A DNA stretch of 64,000 nt from Octopus sinensis (lineage: Eukaryota). Location: the NCBI RefSeq assembly GCF_006345805.1, contig NC_042998.1, forward strand, positions 28,582,001 to 28,646,000. Direction: 5' to 3'. Under the pieces are notes generated by a model. It did not search any database. It was not told the DNA's origin and was given only the letters and a program-made list of their open reading frames with translations. Positions 37,615 to 52,124 of this stretch are shown here, piece after piece; within the stretch, counting starts at the first letter, position 1; each line of letters opens with the position of its first letter. The translations under genes were made by a program, and so were the position numbers.

Positions 37615-38739
37615 TGGTTCTGGATTCCCACACGAAGTGAGAGAGACTCAAATTGAAATTACGATGCGTTAGTAATACGACTCGTACACTTTCAGTTGGG
37701 GTTATAGCTTCAAATATTGGCACAAGGCCAGCGATTTCAGGGAAGTGGGCTGCTGGTCGATTACATCGACGACCCCGAAAGGATGAAAGGCAAAGGTGAC
37801 CTCAGCGGAGATTGAACTCAGAACGCCCCCACCCTCCAAAAATGGACGAAAAGCCGCTAAGAATTTTTCCCCGTATGCTAACGATTCTGCTAGCTCGGCG
37901 CCTTTTAAGTGGTATTAATGATGGTATCAAAGACAGCAAGTCTGGAGGAGGTGTAAGTTGCTTACTTCAAGCCCAGTGTATAACTGGTATTTAATTGATC
38001 GCCCCCGAATCGAAGAAAAGCAAAGTGGATCTTGGTGTAATTTGGACACAAAATGTAAACACGGATGAAATACCACTAAACATTTTTACCGGCATGCTTA
38101 CGATTCTCCCATCGCGCCTTATGTGTGTGTGTATGTGTGTTTTATGAAGTGACGGCTCGTGTATAGGAACTGCGGAACTGCAGCACCCCCTATTTCCTCT
38201 CGATATTATCGATAACATTCAATATAATGAGTCTCTTTTTCTTTATTTCTTTCTTTATACTTGTACATTATATAATCCTTAAGCTTAATATTAGTAGGCA
38301 TCCCCTAGTTTATGAAAAATACAAAAATCCTTGTATAGAACTTTGCACTTCCCAGTTCCAGCGACACGGTGTTTGGCTGTTGTGCGTATACTCACATGTC
38401 TGAGATAGGAAGCTGCATGCTAGGAAGAGAGAGCACTGGGATTTACACAGTGCCGACCCTCGTGCGCTGGTGAAAGGTAGTATTTCTTTTTGACTCCGCG
38501 TGTGTTGTACTTAAAAACATGTTTATATTCTTGAATGTGATGAAGTGTAGAATTAGATCATTATCCTGCTTCTAGCCACTGTGTTACTGCCAGGATCTGA
38601 AAAATAAAACAGATTTTCCTCCCTTATTTTGTGATTTAGGAGGGATTTTTGAAAAACAAGGGGGAATTCGCGGCGGTGTTCAGTGAGCAAATTAAACACA
38701 CTTCTTGACAGTGGCTAAAACACAAACCAGTCAAGTTTA

Positions 38740-39130
38740 TGTACTCTCTTTTACTCTTTTACTTGTTTCAGTCATTTGGAGCACCGCTTTTAGGCGAGGA
38801 AATCAACCCCAGTACTTATTCTTTGTAAGCCGAGTACTTATTCTATCGGTTCTCTTTGCCGAACCGATAAGTTACGGGGACGTAAACACACCAGCATCGG
38901 TTGTCAAGCGATGCTGGAGGGGGGGGAACAAACACAGACTCAAACATATACATACACACATATATATACGACGGGCTTCTTTCAGTTTCCGTCTACCAAC
39001 TCCACTCACAAGGCTTTGGTCTGCCCGAGGCTATAGTAGAAGACACTTGCCCAAGGTGTCACGCAGTGGGACTGAACCCGGAACCTTGTGGTTGGTAAGC
39101 AAGCTACTTACCACACAGCCACTACTGCGC
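38740..39130 (-). mobile_element. SINE family C
   Basis: Homologous to 7025-7440. Confidence 0.85.
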
Positions 39131-39444
39131 CTTGTTTGTTTCCTTTTACACAATATTAAAACAACGGCTTAAAATTTTCTGAAGCAGCACCCCAAAACTA
39201 ATTTTTATCTACGAGCCGCCACTGGTGTTGTGATTAACAGAAATATGCATTGCTGTCTGTGAGTACTTTTAACAGTATCCATTCTGATGCAAGCATTCTG
39301 GCAAGTTCTCAGGTGTAGGAATATCTCCTCATTCACCTCTCTGTCACATATCTTGGAAAGGATTGTAGTTCCTCCCTTTCCTTCTGGTGAAGTAATAAAA
39401 AAAAATAGAAGTACCTATCGTCTTTAAAATAGGGGATCACACGT

Positions 39445-39685
39445 TTATACCTATTTCTTTACTACCCACAAGGGTCTAAACACAGGGGGGACAAACAAGG
39501 ACAGACAAACGGATTAAGTCGATTACATCGACCCCAGTGCGTAACTGGTACTTAATTTATCGACCCCGAAATGATGAAAGGCAAAGTCGACCTCGGCGGA
39601 ATTTGAACTCAGAACGTAACGGCAGACGAAATACCAATAAGCATTTCCCCCAGCGTGCTAACGATTCTGCCAGCTCGCCGCCTTT
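39445..39685 (-). mobile_element. SINE family A
   Basis: Revcomp head+body+tail. Confidence 0.85.
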
Positions 39686-39714
39686 CACACGTTTATACCA
39701 CATGCATATGTGAA

Positions 39715-40030
39715 GATGCGTGGTGTATTGGTTATGGTACTCAGCTTGCGATGGTAAGTTTTTGAGTTCGATATTCAGCGACGCGTTTTGTCCTTGAGTA
39801 AAACACTTTTTTTCACGTCGATCTAGTTTGTTCAGCTGACAAAAATGAGTTGTACCTGTAATTCAACCGGCCAACCTCGTCACATTCTGTGACACGCTGA
39901 ATCTCCCTAAGAACTACGTGTACTTGTATCTGTGGAATACTCAGTCACTTGAATGTTGATTTTTCAGAGCAGGCTGTTCTGTTGATCGAATCAACTGGAA
40001 CACTCGTCCTCATAATCGATGGACAGCCAG
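39715..40030 (+). mobile_element. Chimeric SINE: D-type head with B-type body
   Basis: TGTGAAGATGCGTGG...GTCCTTGAGTAAAACAC, then GTACCTGTAATTCAA...CACGCTGAATCTCCCTAAGAACTAC as in family B. Confidence 0.6.
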
Positions 40031-41244
40031 GCTAAGCCTAGTCGAGCCAAGCCAAGCCAAGCCAAGCCAAGCCACTGCATACATACGGTCAGTATACTCC
40101 GCCGCTAAATGACTATAGCTAAAACATTGATCAGACAGTGACGTTCTGCTTTGCTTAAACTAAAATCGAAGGACGCCCTACATTTCCTCCTACGTCTTGT
40201 TTTGATCACATCTATCTAACATAGATAATTTCGTTAAAACTATTTGCATCAGGTGTCAAGGGAGGCCTTTAGAAAAAGTTATTGAGTGCTACCCGCTCCT
40301 CTAGTGACCAACCTGTTCAAATAGGGCTGACCATAGTTTCTCTATAATCATTGCAGTTATATTTTGATTTCTACTTAAAATTTTTAGCTTTTAAACCCGC
40401 TCAAATACTCTGTCTGTTTAATGTTTAAGCCAACCAGATTCAATTTCTCATTGGTGGTGTGTATAATAGGAGTGGCTGTGTGGTAAGTAGCTTGCTTACC
40501 AGCCACATGGTTCCGGGTTCAGTCCCACTGCGTGGCACCTTGGGCAAGTGTCTTCTACTATAGCCTCGGGCGGACCAAAGGCCAGCAATTTCGAAGGAAG
40601 GGATATGTCAATTACATCGCCCCCAGTATTCAGGTGGTACTTATGTTATCGACTTGTGTTGTGGAGGCATATGGCCTAGTCTATAAATTAAGTACCAGTT
40701 GCGCACTGGCGTCAATGTAACAGACTTAATCCCTTTGTCTGTCCTTGATTGTCCATTCTATGTTTAGCCCCTTGTGGGCAATAGAGAAATAATTTGTGTT
40801 ATCGATCCCGGCGGCATTTGAACTCAGAACGCAAAGACAGGCGAAATGACGTCTTGGAATACATTCCTGTCGTTCATGTTTTCGTGTTCTGGCAGATTCT
40901 ATATTTCTTTTGCTACAAGGAAAAACAAATAACAGAGAAGTAAAAACAACAGCAAAAACAAAAGAACGCCTCATGGATTGACAGCTGATCAATCAACTCC
41001 AAGTGATGGAAGAATGAAAGTATTGAAAATAGGTTAGAAATCAAGATTTGGGGGGGGGGGGGTTCTTTGGTGTGTTTGTTGTTTTTTTTTCTCCACGTTC
41101 TTTTATTTTTTTAGCAGTTTGGCAATAATTTGATGTAAGATCGTGTGTTGAAACTGTAAAAAGGGTTGCTGTGTGCTCGAAACAAAGTAATAAAAATATT
41201 TGAGTTACTCAAGAAGCACGTGCGCGGGCCCAAGCGCACAAACG

Positions 41245-41615
41245 CACACATACACACTTGTACACACACACACATACACACTTGTACACACACACACATA
41301 CACACACACACACACGTACACTCACACACTTGCTCACACACTCACAATCACACCCTCGCACACGTACACACACACATTCGCACACACACACACACACTAG
41401 CTCACACACTCACACTCACACATACACATACACACACACTCGCACACACACTCCCTCGTACACACACTCGCACATACACACACACACAAGTACACACACA
41501 CACACACATTCACACACACACCCACACACATATACGTACATACACACGCACACATAATCACACATACACACTCAGTCACACACACATACACACACTCGCT
41601 CACACACACACACTC
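41245..41615. repeat. Degenerate (CA)n-rich low-complexity tract
   Basis: Direct reading. Confidence 0.95.
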
Positions 41616-41784
41616 TTACATGCGCTCTGGGCTTGATTTACACTTTAGTCGCTTTCCATTCCGTTAAAAAACCGATTGGAATCGGCCGGCCACATCTTAT
41701 ATTTTCTATTCTGTTCATAAAATAAAATCGAGAACCAATATCAATGATTTTGCGACCATTACTGAATAATTCATTTCAATATTC

Positions 41785-42390
41785 AATGGGCGTGGGTGTG
41801 TGGTAAGAAGCTTGCTTACCAACCACATGGTTCCGGGTTCAGTCCCGCTGCGTGGCACATAGATAATTTCGTTAAAACTATTTGCATCAGGTGTCAAGGG
41901 AGGCCTTATCTTCTACTATAGCCTCGGCCCAACCAAAGCCTTGTGAGTGGATTTGGTATTCGGAAACTGAAAGAGGCCCGTTGTATATATATTTACAATG
42001 GAATAATTACTGTGAAGCATTGTATAGAATATATTGTATAAAGGATCGTGGATAAGACCAAAACAATGCAAGGTAGATGCAAGGTAAATCACAAGAAAAC
42101 AAATATGTGAATTAATGTAGTCTTACTTTGTATTCAATATTTCGGGGTTATCGCCCCATCCTCAAGAAATTGAATACAAGGTAAGTCTAAAGTCTACATT
42201 AATTCACATATTTATTTTCTTGCAATTTACCTTGCATTTGCTTCGCATTGTTCTGGCCTTACCCACGATCTTGTAGAATAAGTACTAGGCTTACAAAAAA
42301 ATTAGTCCTGGTGTCGATTTGTTCGACTAAGGGCGGAGCTCCAGCATGGCCGCAGTCAAATAATTGAAACAAGTAAAAGAATTAAAGAAT
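41785..42390 (+). mobile_element. SINE family C disrupted by a 50-bp templated insert and a fold-back element
   Basis: Head 41785, insert 41858-41907, palindrome 42053-42270, tail 42270-42390. Confidence 0.75.
42053..42270. repeat. Fold-back with ~100-bp arms and a minimal hammerhead-like motif at the apex (minus, 42133-42169)
   Basis: GATCGTGG(A)TAAG...GTATTCAATATTTC / GAAATTGAATAC...CCCACGATC; apex minus TTC-TTGAGGA-T-GGGG/CGATAA/CCCC-GAAATATT-GAA. Confidence 0.8.
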
Positions 42391-42403
42391 TCTATATTAG
42401 TAA

Positions 42404-42845
42404 AGCGGCAAGCTGGCAGAATAGTTAGCACGCCGGGCGAAAGGCTTAGCGGTATTTCGCCTGCCGCTACGTTCTGAGTTCAAATTCCGCCGAGGTCGAC
42501 TTTGCCTTTCATCATTTCGGGGTCGATTAGATATGTACCAGTTACGCACTAGGGTCGATATAATCGACTTAATCCGTTTGTCTGTCCTTGTTTGTCCTCT
42601 CTGTGTTTAGCCCCTTGTGGGTAGTAAAGAAATAGAAATAGGTATTTCGTCTGCCGCTACGTTTAGCCCCTTGTGGGTAGTAAAGAAATAGGTATTTCGT
42701 CTGTTTTTACGTTCTGAGTTCAAATTCTGCTGAGGTCAACTTTGCCTTTTATCCTTTCGGGGTCAATAAATTAAGTACCAGTTGCGTACTGGTTCGATCT
42801 CATCGACTGCCCCACTCCCCAAAGATTCTGCCTAGAGTAGAAAAA
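42404..42845 (+). mobile_element. Multimeric SINE family A
   Basis: Tail/GGTATTTCGTCTG junctions at 42641 and 42691. Confidence 0.85.
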
Positions 42846-43574
42846 AATTACTAAGATAATTACGGAGATGTACTTGCATTGCAAGTGACCTGATCTGGGA
42901 TCGTGTGCTGAAACAAAAACAACTGCAGTGTGGAAGGTGTTTATAAACCATAAAAAATCACAACACACCCATGAAAACCGTGCTCACGGAATTTTGTCAG
43001 TGAACAGGTCGTGGTCTGAAAAAGGACGAAAATATTTTGACAAATTAAATTTAAATGTTGAAGTGAATCTACTAAAATAATTATTTGTTTGAAATAACGT
43101 TGCAAAATCAAGCGGACATTAACTCATGATTTGTAATAGGACAGGGGAAACCCCTAAAGTGACAGATTATTGTATCTCTCTGTGCATGTTTTGAACACTA
43201 CGTAATCGTTCAAACTGAGAGGTCTATTTAAGAGTAGATTTCAAATTGTTTCACATGTTACCCATCCAGTGAAGGGCAACACTGCTCTTCTGGAAACGCA
43301 GCGAAGTTTCAAAATTGGGAGAAACACCTCTGTTTCACAATATCCTCTGCCTTCTGTCTCTCAACCCTGCACTCTCTCTTTCTCTCTCTGTCCCTCCCTC
43401 CCGCCCTCTCTCTCTCTCTCACACACGCACACCCTCTCGGTCGCCCTTATTCAACCGCAGAAATTTGTGTCGTTTACGTAAGTCCTTATACATTTTAACA
43501 TCAAATCTCACCAGAAGTTTGGCTCTGATTTTCGTCCTTATGGGTTTGGTAAAATAAATTCATCGGATTACATA

Positions 43575-43606
<32 letters not shown>

Positions 43607-43884
43607 CGTGTGTGTGTGTGTGCGTGCGTGTATGTGTGTATGTATGTATGTATGTATGTATGTATGTATGTATGTGCGTATGTATGTATGTATGTGTATG
43701 TATGTATGTATGTATGTATGTATGCGCGTACCCTCAAACACGCAAAATAACGCGTTCGCATACAAGTAAACACACGTACTTATGTTCCGAGGTGAAGGCC
43801 ACATTTGTACATATTAGGATTATTCATAGATGATATAACTTTATTGTGCTGGTTTCTGCAAACATAGGCATGGTCAGATACTGC

Positions 43885-43946
<62 letters not shown>

Positions 43947-43978
43947 TGTGTGTGTGTGTGTATACATATATATACACA

Positions 43979-44009
<31 letters not shown>

Positions 44010-44011
<2 letters not shown>

Positions 44012-44342
44012 GTGGAAGCGCAATGGCCCAGTTGTTAGGGCAACAGATTCGCAAACCATGCGTTGTGAGTGTTTATTGAGCGAAAAGACCTAAAGCTCCA
44101 CGAGGCTCCAGCAGTGGGTGGTGGCGAACCCTGCTGTACTCTTTCACCACAACTTTCTCTCACTCTTTCTTCCTGTTTCTGTTGTACCTGTATTTTCAAA
44201 GGGCCAGCCTTGTCATACACTGTGTTACGCTGAATCTCCCCGAGGACTACGTTATGGGTACACGTGTCTGTGGAGTGCTCAGCCACTTGCACGTTGATCT
44301 TATTAACTGGAGCCCACGTCGTCGTAACCGACGGAGTGCCAC
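44010..44342 (+). mobile_element. SINE family B
   Basis: Homologous to 32328-32705. Confidence 0.82.
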
Positions 44343-44365
44343 ATGCGTACATACATAATACATAC

Positions 44366-44406
<41 letters not shown>

Positions 44407-44409
44407 AAA

Positions 44410-44790
44410 AAAATTTTTTTTTTTATTTGTTTCAGTAAATTGACTGTGGACATGCTGGAGTTCCGCCTTTATTTGAGCAAATCGTCCCCAGGACTTATTC
44501 TCTGTAAGCCTAGTACTTATTCTATCGGTCTCTCTTGCCGAACCGCTAAGTTACGAGGACGTGAACACACCAGCATTGGTTGTCAAGCGATGTTGGGGGA
44601 CAAACACAGACACACACACACATATATATATACGACGGGCTTCTTTCAGTTTCCATCTACCAAAATCCACTCACAAGGCTTTGGTCGACCCGAGGCTATT
44701 GTAGAAGACACTTGCTCAAGGTGCCACGCAGTGGGACTGAACCTGGAATCATGTGGTTAGTAATCAACTTACTTACCACGCAGCCACTAC
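44410..44790 (-). mobile_element. SINE family C
   Basis: Homologous to 7025-7440. Confidence 0.83.
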
Positions 44791-44805
44791 ATATATATAT
44801 ATATA

Positions 44806-44836
<31 letters not shown>

Positions 44837-46758
44837 TTACACACACACTGGCACACATATATGTGTAATGCCACATTAACTCTGTCACATGACTTAGCAA
44901 CTAATATTATTTTATTTATTAATATACTGTTTTTTTTGTATTTATTTATGTTTGTTTTATTTCCTCTTTTGTTTCATAGGCTGGCTGTTAGTAGTACAGA
45001 GGGAGAAAAAAAATCATTATGATCGTGGTAGCCAGGCAATTGCATTTATTATCGTTGTATTTGTAGTTTCTTCCCTGAAAACAAGCTTTTCTTGACTTTA
45101 TAGCCAGTATTTAAAAACATTTGTGTTGTCTGGCGTTGACAAAGAAAAGAGAGTGAGAGCGAAAGACAGAGAGAGAGAGAGAGAGAGTGAGAGAGAGAGG
45201 GGGAGAACAGATAGAGGCAGACGATAAAAAGAAAAAAGGAGAGAATGTGTGATAACTGTTACGTGAGACAGAAGGAAAGAGTAAAAGAAAGAAAGAACAA
45301 AAACGACCTTAGAAATAATAGGAGTGGTGATGTTGGCGGTTGCTGGTTGGTGGTCGGTATGGTTGTTTGGATTTTTTGGTGATATTGATTGGCGCTGGTG
45401 ATCGTGAGGGTATCGATAATGGTGATGATGGCTACCTGTGGTAGTCATGTTGCTGCTAATGTAGATATGAATGATGATGATGATGATAATGATGATGGAG
45501 GTGGTGGTGGTGATAAAGGCGGTGGCGGTGGCGGTGGAGGTGCAGTAATTGTTATTTGCGATGATGTGTGTTCGGTGCTACACCAAGTAGCAGACAGTCA
45601 AGTTTGATTCAATACTTTACTGCATTTTTACCGCCCTCCACTCCTTCAACAGTTAAAACACTCTCACCATTCCTCTCTTACTTTCACTTTCGTTTTCACA
45701 AACTATCTGTACTACTATCTTCCTTTCACCGGTTTTTCTTTCTCTTTCTCCTGCTTTCGCTTTTCGTTTCTCTCTTTCTTTCTTCCTTTCTTTCCTTCCT
45801 TCCTTCTTTCTTTCTTTCCTTCTTTCTTTCTTTCGTTCTTTCTTTCTTTCTTTCTCTCCACCCCTCTCTCTCTCCCGTTCTCTCTCAGTTCATCGTTCAT
45901 TTTCATTCTCTTTTATTCTTGTTTTGAAACGTTTTCATTTTCCTTCTCATTCAACTTTGCGTTTTACCATTTGCTTCTAAATATAGCTACATGGTGCATA
46001 ACCAGTTCGTGTGTATGTATGTATGTGTATGTATGCATGTAAGTATGTATTTATATATATATTCATATACATACATATATATTTTTATGTAAGTATTTGT
46101 ATGTATGTATTATATGTACATATATATTCCACATATAAACATATTACACGGGTGTATATATGCAAATATATATATATATTAATATAAATGAGTTCATGTG
46201 TATAATCATACATATTCATACATATAGAAATATAAAATGATATAGAGGTATCTATGTATGTATATATCTATGTGTGTATGTATGTATACATGCATGTATG
46301 CGTGCGTGCATGCATGTACGTTTGTCCACTCTAGTTCAAAGTTTCAAAAATACATTCATAAATTCTATGCATGTGTGCATGAGTATGTGTATGCGTATAT
46401 ATAAATATATATATATATATAGCTGTATGTATACGTATATATGTATGTGTGTATATCTATACATTCACATATATATACATAGCATATATATGGGTGTGAT
46501 GATGATGATATGATGATGATGATTCTGATGATGACGATGATGGTATATCTATGTATGTATGTATATATGGATGGGTGGGTTGACGGGTGCGCAACTGTGC
46601 ATGTCTGTCTGTCAGTCTGTCTACGTCTTTTATTTCTCTTTCTGTTACTTTCCTATTATTCCTTGTTTCAAGTTCCATTTTGTTTCTCTTTGTTTTATAT
46701 TCTCTCCTCGTGTTCTCTTACATTCACTACACAATCAAAGTATATACATACACATATA

Positions 46759-46800
<42 letters not shown>

Positions 46801-46902
46801 GAGAAAAGGATATATACAAAATGTTTACGTATGTATATATATAATATGTATATATATATGTGTGTGTGAGTGTATGTATTACATTATATTGTATAAATAT
46901 AG

Positions 46903-47326
46903 GTGCAGGAGTGTCTTTGTGGTAAGTAGCTTGCTTACCAACCACATGGTTCCAGGTTCAGTCTCACTGCGTGGCACCTTGGGAAAGGGCCTTCTACTGT
47001 AGCCTCAGGCTGACCAAAAGAGTTGTGAGGGGATTCGGTTGAACGACACTGAAAGAAGCCCGTCGTGTATATATACCTATATATATATATGTATGATAAA
47101 GGCGGCGAGCTGGCAGAGTGGTTAGCGCGCCGGGCGACCTGCGAAGAGCCGTATTTCGTCTGTCGTTACGTTCCGATTCAAATTCCGCGAGTCGACTTTT
47201 TGCCTTTCATCCTTTCGGAGTCGATAAATTAAGTACCAGTTACGCACTGGGTCGATGTAATCGACTTAATCCCTTTGTCTGTCCTGGTTTGTCCCCTCTG
47301 TGTTTACCCCTTGTGGTAGTAAAGAA

Positions 47327-47328
<2 letters not shown>
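46903..47328 (+). mobile_element. SINE-C 5' half followed by SINE-A
   Basis: C head 46903-47070; A head at 47101. Confidence 0.8.
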
Positions 47329-47373
<45 letters not shown>

Positions 47374-48261
47374 ATAATATATATATATACACATACAGAT
47401 ATATGCATATATACATACATATATGTACATACCTACGTATATATGTATATATACATGCATGTATGGGTACAGGACATCAAAAAAAAACGTAGACAATGAG
47501 AAACGAAAACATAAAAACAAAAGTATAGAAAACGAACTTTTTATCGAACGACGAAAAAAAACCGAAAACAGAGAAACTAGACAGGCAACATAGAAAATAT
47601 TCCCCTTCTTCAGTTGTCCCCTGTTTTGAAGGTAAGGACAAGATGTGACTTCATTAAAACAGTCCTTCCTGCAATGCAAATTAAATAAAATTTGGGATTT
47701 TTTGCGGAAGGTGAAAGTGGTAACTAAAACAGGACAGTGAGAACAAGACAGTAAAAACAAACGGTGGGGGCTGTTATGTATGTATGTGTGTGTGTACATA
47801 TATATATATATATATACATACACACACATATATGTAATATACTTTATACATATATATATATACATACATATATGTGTGTATACATATATGAGAGCAGACG
47901 TTAAATGATGATGATGATGATGATGATATAGGATATATAGAAATATATGCAGACAGACAGACTGACAGAAAGACAGATATGTAAATAGGGAGATAGATGG
48001 ATAGATAGACAAGCAGAGAGAGATAGATAAACAGACAGACTGATAGATGGATAGATAGACAGATAGATTGATAGAAGGATAGGGAGATAGAGAGATAGAT
48101 AGATTGATTGATAGATAGATTGATTGATTGATTGATAGATAGATAGAAAGATAGATAGATAGGGATATTAGTTGAATATACACATGAGAATTCATAAATA
48201 CAGACATAAATCCATGCATAATTGACCATTCATGCAAACATAAATACATACATACATGTAT

Positions 48262-48303
<42 letters not shown>

Positions 48304-48548
48304 ATAGCAAGTTGACATGAGCCTCACAAGGCACGTCTTAATTCTTCTTATGTAACCAGTCATCCATGTTGTAAGGTCTACAATTGATAAGGAATTACTA
48401 TGAGGTAGGACCAAATTCTATGTGAAATAAACATATAAGACAGAATGAATCGCAACTTTACCCAGGTAAAGAAAGAAAGAAAACATGTCTTTATTTTCTC
48501 CATACCAATATATACACACATACATACATACATATATATATATATGTA

Positions 48549-48593
<45 letters not shown>

Positions 48594-49412
48594 GATATAT
48601 AGATGTGTGTGAGTGTTTGTGTGTTTGTGCGTGCGTGGCATTATTTATGCACAAATAGTTAAGTGATAGAGAGACAGATTGACAGAGATAGAATGATAGA
48701 TTGTTATATAGACAGATCATATATCAGTCTTCAAACTTTCTATATCATGTTCCATTTTTCATTCTTTCTTACACTCCCACATACAATTCTGAATCTATTG
48801 ATGTATTGATTTTTTCGCCCCCGCCCCCCCTCTCCCCCTCCTCCTCCTCTCTCTTTCACCCTCTCACTCTCACTCTCACTCTCTCACTCTTTGTATTTCT
48901 GTTTCTAGTCTACCCCGCAACTCTTAAGCCACCCCACCCCACCTCACCCATCCGCCATCGCACTTTTCATTCTTCCTCATACTTCTCTAAAGTTCCTTCC
49001 TTTTTTCTTTCTATTTCTCTTTCAACCTTTTCCTCCCCCCCATTATCACCCTGTACTTTCTGCCACTTCCACCCTTACATATATTTATTTCTCCCTCCTA
49101 CTGCTCCTCGTTAATGTCTTCAATCTTTCTCTCTCTCTCCCTCTCTCTCTCTCTCTCTTTCCTTTCCCTCTCTCCATATCTATCTATCTATCTACCTAGC
49201 TAGCAAGCTGAGCTAGTGAGCTACCTATCTCTCTATCCTTCCACGAAACAACTGCCGCCCGTCTATAGTAATGTATCCTGTCTCCTTTGTTTCCTCCCAC
49301 AAATAGTAACTCATTTTCCATCCTATCCAATCGCTCCAAACTCCACAGTTGTCTTAGCATTCTTTGGACCCACCTCTTGCTGGTTTTCCATTATACGTCC
49401 ACCCAGCTCCCA

Positions 49413-49447
<35 letters not shown>

Positions 49448-50262
49448 GCAAACACAGACACAAGCACACACAAACACATACAGCACTCAACATATGCATA
49501 CAAACACACACACACACACTAACACATATTCACTAACACAAGTGCACACACACATACACACACACACACACTATTACACATTTGCAAGCACATGTATATA
49601 CATATACACACATACAGGTGCTCACACTATCTAGCACTCTCCATTCTGTTATTTGTTCAACAATCTTACTTTGCCTCTGTTTGCTTATCAACACACAACA
49701 CGCAACACGCACCACACACCACACGCATACACACACAAGCACTGACACACACATGAGTGCACGATACCCCCCACACACACACACATTCTAAGTTCACTTG
49801 TGATTGTGTGTGTGAGAGAATGTGATTACTTAAGACTATGCAAGACAATGCGTGATTATGCATAACTGTAAGTTTGCGTGAGACTGTGTATAAGAGTGTG
49901 TGACTATGTGTGAATACGTGTGATCTTGCTGTAGTTGTTGGTTTTGTAATTGTTTAGCCCTAGGCCGACTTTGATTGAGCAGACTTATGATGAAAACCAT
50001 TCTACAATTAAATATTGTTATACTTTTAGGAGAAATTTAGGAGTAAATTACCTGCTTTGTCCTTCCCTTGTGAAAGATGTTACTTTATGACTAAAGGTAA
50101 TTTGGCTACTATTTCTAGCTAGATGAATGACCATGTAGAGAAGTGGTTCTTGATCTTTTTAATATCCAAGCCAGATCCATAACTTGGATTTTTTTGGAAG
50201 CTGCACAGAAATAGAATAAAATAAAACACAAGTTAATTAACAAAAAAAAATTATATATATAG

Positions 50263-50715
50263 GCACAGAAGTGGCTGTGTGGTAAGTAGCTTGCTTCTTA
50301 ACCACATGGTTCTGGGTTCAGTCCCCCTGCGTGACACCATGGGCAAATGTCTTGTACTATAGCCTCGGGCTGACCAAAGCCTTGTAAGTGGATTTGGGAG
50401 ACGGAAACTGAAAGAAGCCCGTTTTATATATATATATATTTATATATATATATATAATTATATATATATATAATATATATATATATATATTATATATACA
50501 TACACATGTGTCTGTGTGTCTATGTTTGTACCCCCCACCATCTCTTGACAACCAATGCTGGTGTGTTCACATCCTGTAACTTAGCGGTTTGGCAAAAGAG
50601 ACCGATAGAATAACTAAGCTTACAAAGAATAAGTCCTGGGGTTGATTTGTTCGTCTAAAGGCGGCGCTCCAGCATGGCCGCAGTCAAATGACTGAAACAA
50701 ACAAAAGAATCAAAG
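50263..50715 (+). mobile_element. SINE family C
   Basis: Head, (TA)n, tail all present. Confidence 0.85.
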
Positions 50716-50856
50716 AATAGAAGTAAGTCTGTTGAGGGCCACATGAGGCCCTCAGTGCTGTGGTCGAGAAGTGCTGATGTGGGGGCTCCCCCTAGTTTGC
50801 GCGTGTATCTATATGTAATCTTGTTCATATGCGCATGAGAGAAGAGAGAGAGAGAA

Positions 50857-50948
<92 letters not shown>

Positions 50949-51244
50949 CGTGCTTCTGTTTATCTCTAAATATCTATACTATTGTGACTGTGTAGACTGT
51001 GATTCTGCATATGAATAAATTAATTGACTTTTTGTTCTTCATTTCAATTATATTCAAAACACATTGCCTACTTAATTGTATGCAAACTGTATATCGTAGC
51101 TAATGAACTGATGATTAATTATACAGAACAGACTCTACAACAATACAGAAATGAAGTAAACAAAAGAAACAACAAAAATTTAAAAAATGCAAAAGGAAAG
51201 TGAAAGTAAAACAAATAAAATGCATTCAGCTCTCTCCCTCTCTT

Positions 51245-51277
<33 letters not shown>

Positions 51278-52124
51278 TTTTCTCTCTATCTATTTATCTC
51301 TCTATCTCTCTATCTCTATGTCTATCTCATCCTCCTCTTTCTCCCACCCTTTTACTGCATCCAGGAATAAAATATTTATTCTACACATCTACTATAAATT
51401 TTTTTTTGTGTGTTTTGTTATATCTACAGAGGTATATATATTTATACAGATATCAATACAAAATATATCACACCCACACAAACAAACAGAGACACTCCAG
51501 CTAACATGTGACCTGCAACTCAATGCAGTAGTTTGCCTTGCTAAAAACAGCAGCTAAAATATCTCTCCATTTCACATCCTACTGTCTTATATGAGAACAG
51601 AATTTATTAGATAACACAGATCTCTACAACCTTAAAATTATGGCTAGAATACCTTAAATCATAGGCCCACTTGAATAGTGAGAAACTACTAATAACAACA
51701 GCCAAATCTTCCTCAAATTGTACTGACTTGAATAAGCACACAGCCTATAAAATAATGTAATCTGAAATAGTTAATAAAAATACTGTAAGGCCATGGTTGT
51801 AATATCAATTAGAGAAACTGTGACCTGCAGGACTTTCTGAAGGGCATCTTTAAAAATTTTACTTGATTTTTTCTTTTCTTTTTTCTTTGTAGAGTTGCCC
51901 ATCTGATGCTGAGCCATATCAGATGCAGCCTACCTCTTGAGAAAGGTTGCCCATGCTTGGCTTTAGAGCATAAGTCTATTTCACCCATGTTGATCAAGAC
52001 CAGTGACCCTACACCAAGTTCCATATAAGATTTTATTATTCAAATTAAAATTTTTGTGCCATAAATTGCTTATCTTTCTACAAAATGCAAAATGTTCTAA
52101 TATTTTTATACAATGGTGGCAAAC

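Noticed and set aside
47585-47625. Minus GACAACTGAAGAAGGGG (similar at ~28315) as an HHR
   Set aside because: No GAAA half follows; treated as an unclassified dispersed repeat
47266-48414. 382-aa ORF and the many other YI/CV/HT/LS-rich ORFs
   Set aside because: Read-through of microsatellites and SINEs lacking stop codons; no protein-like complexity
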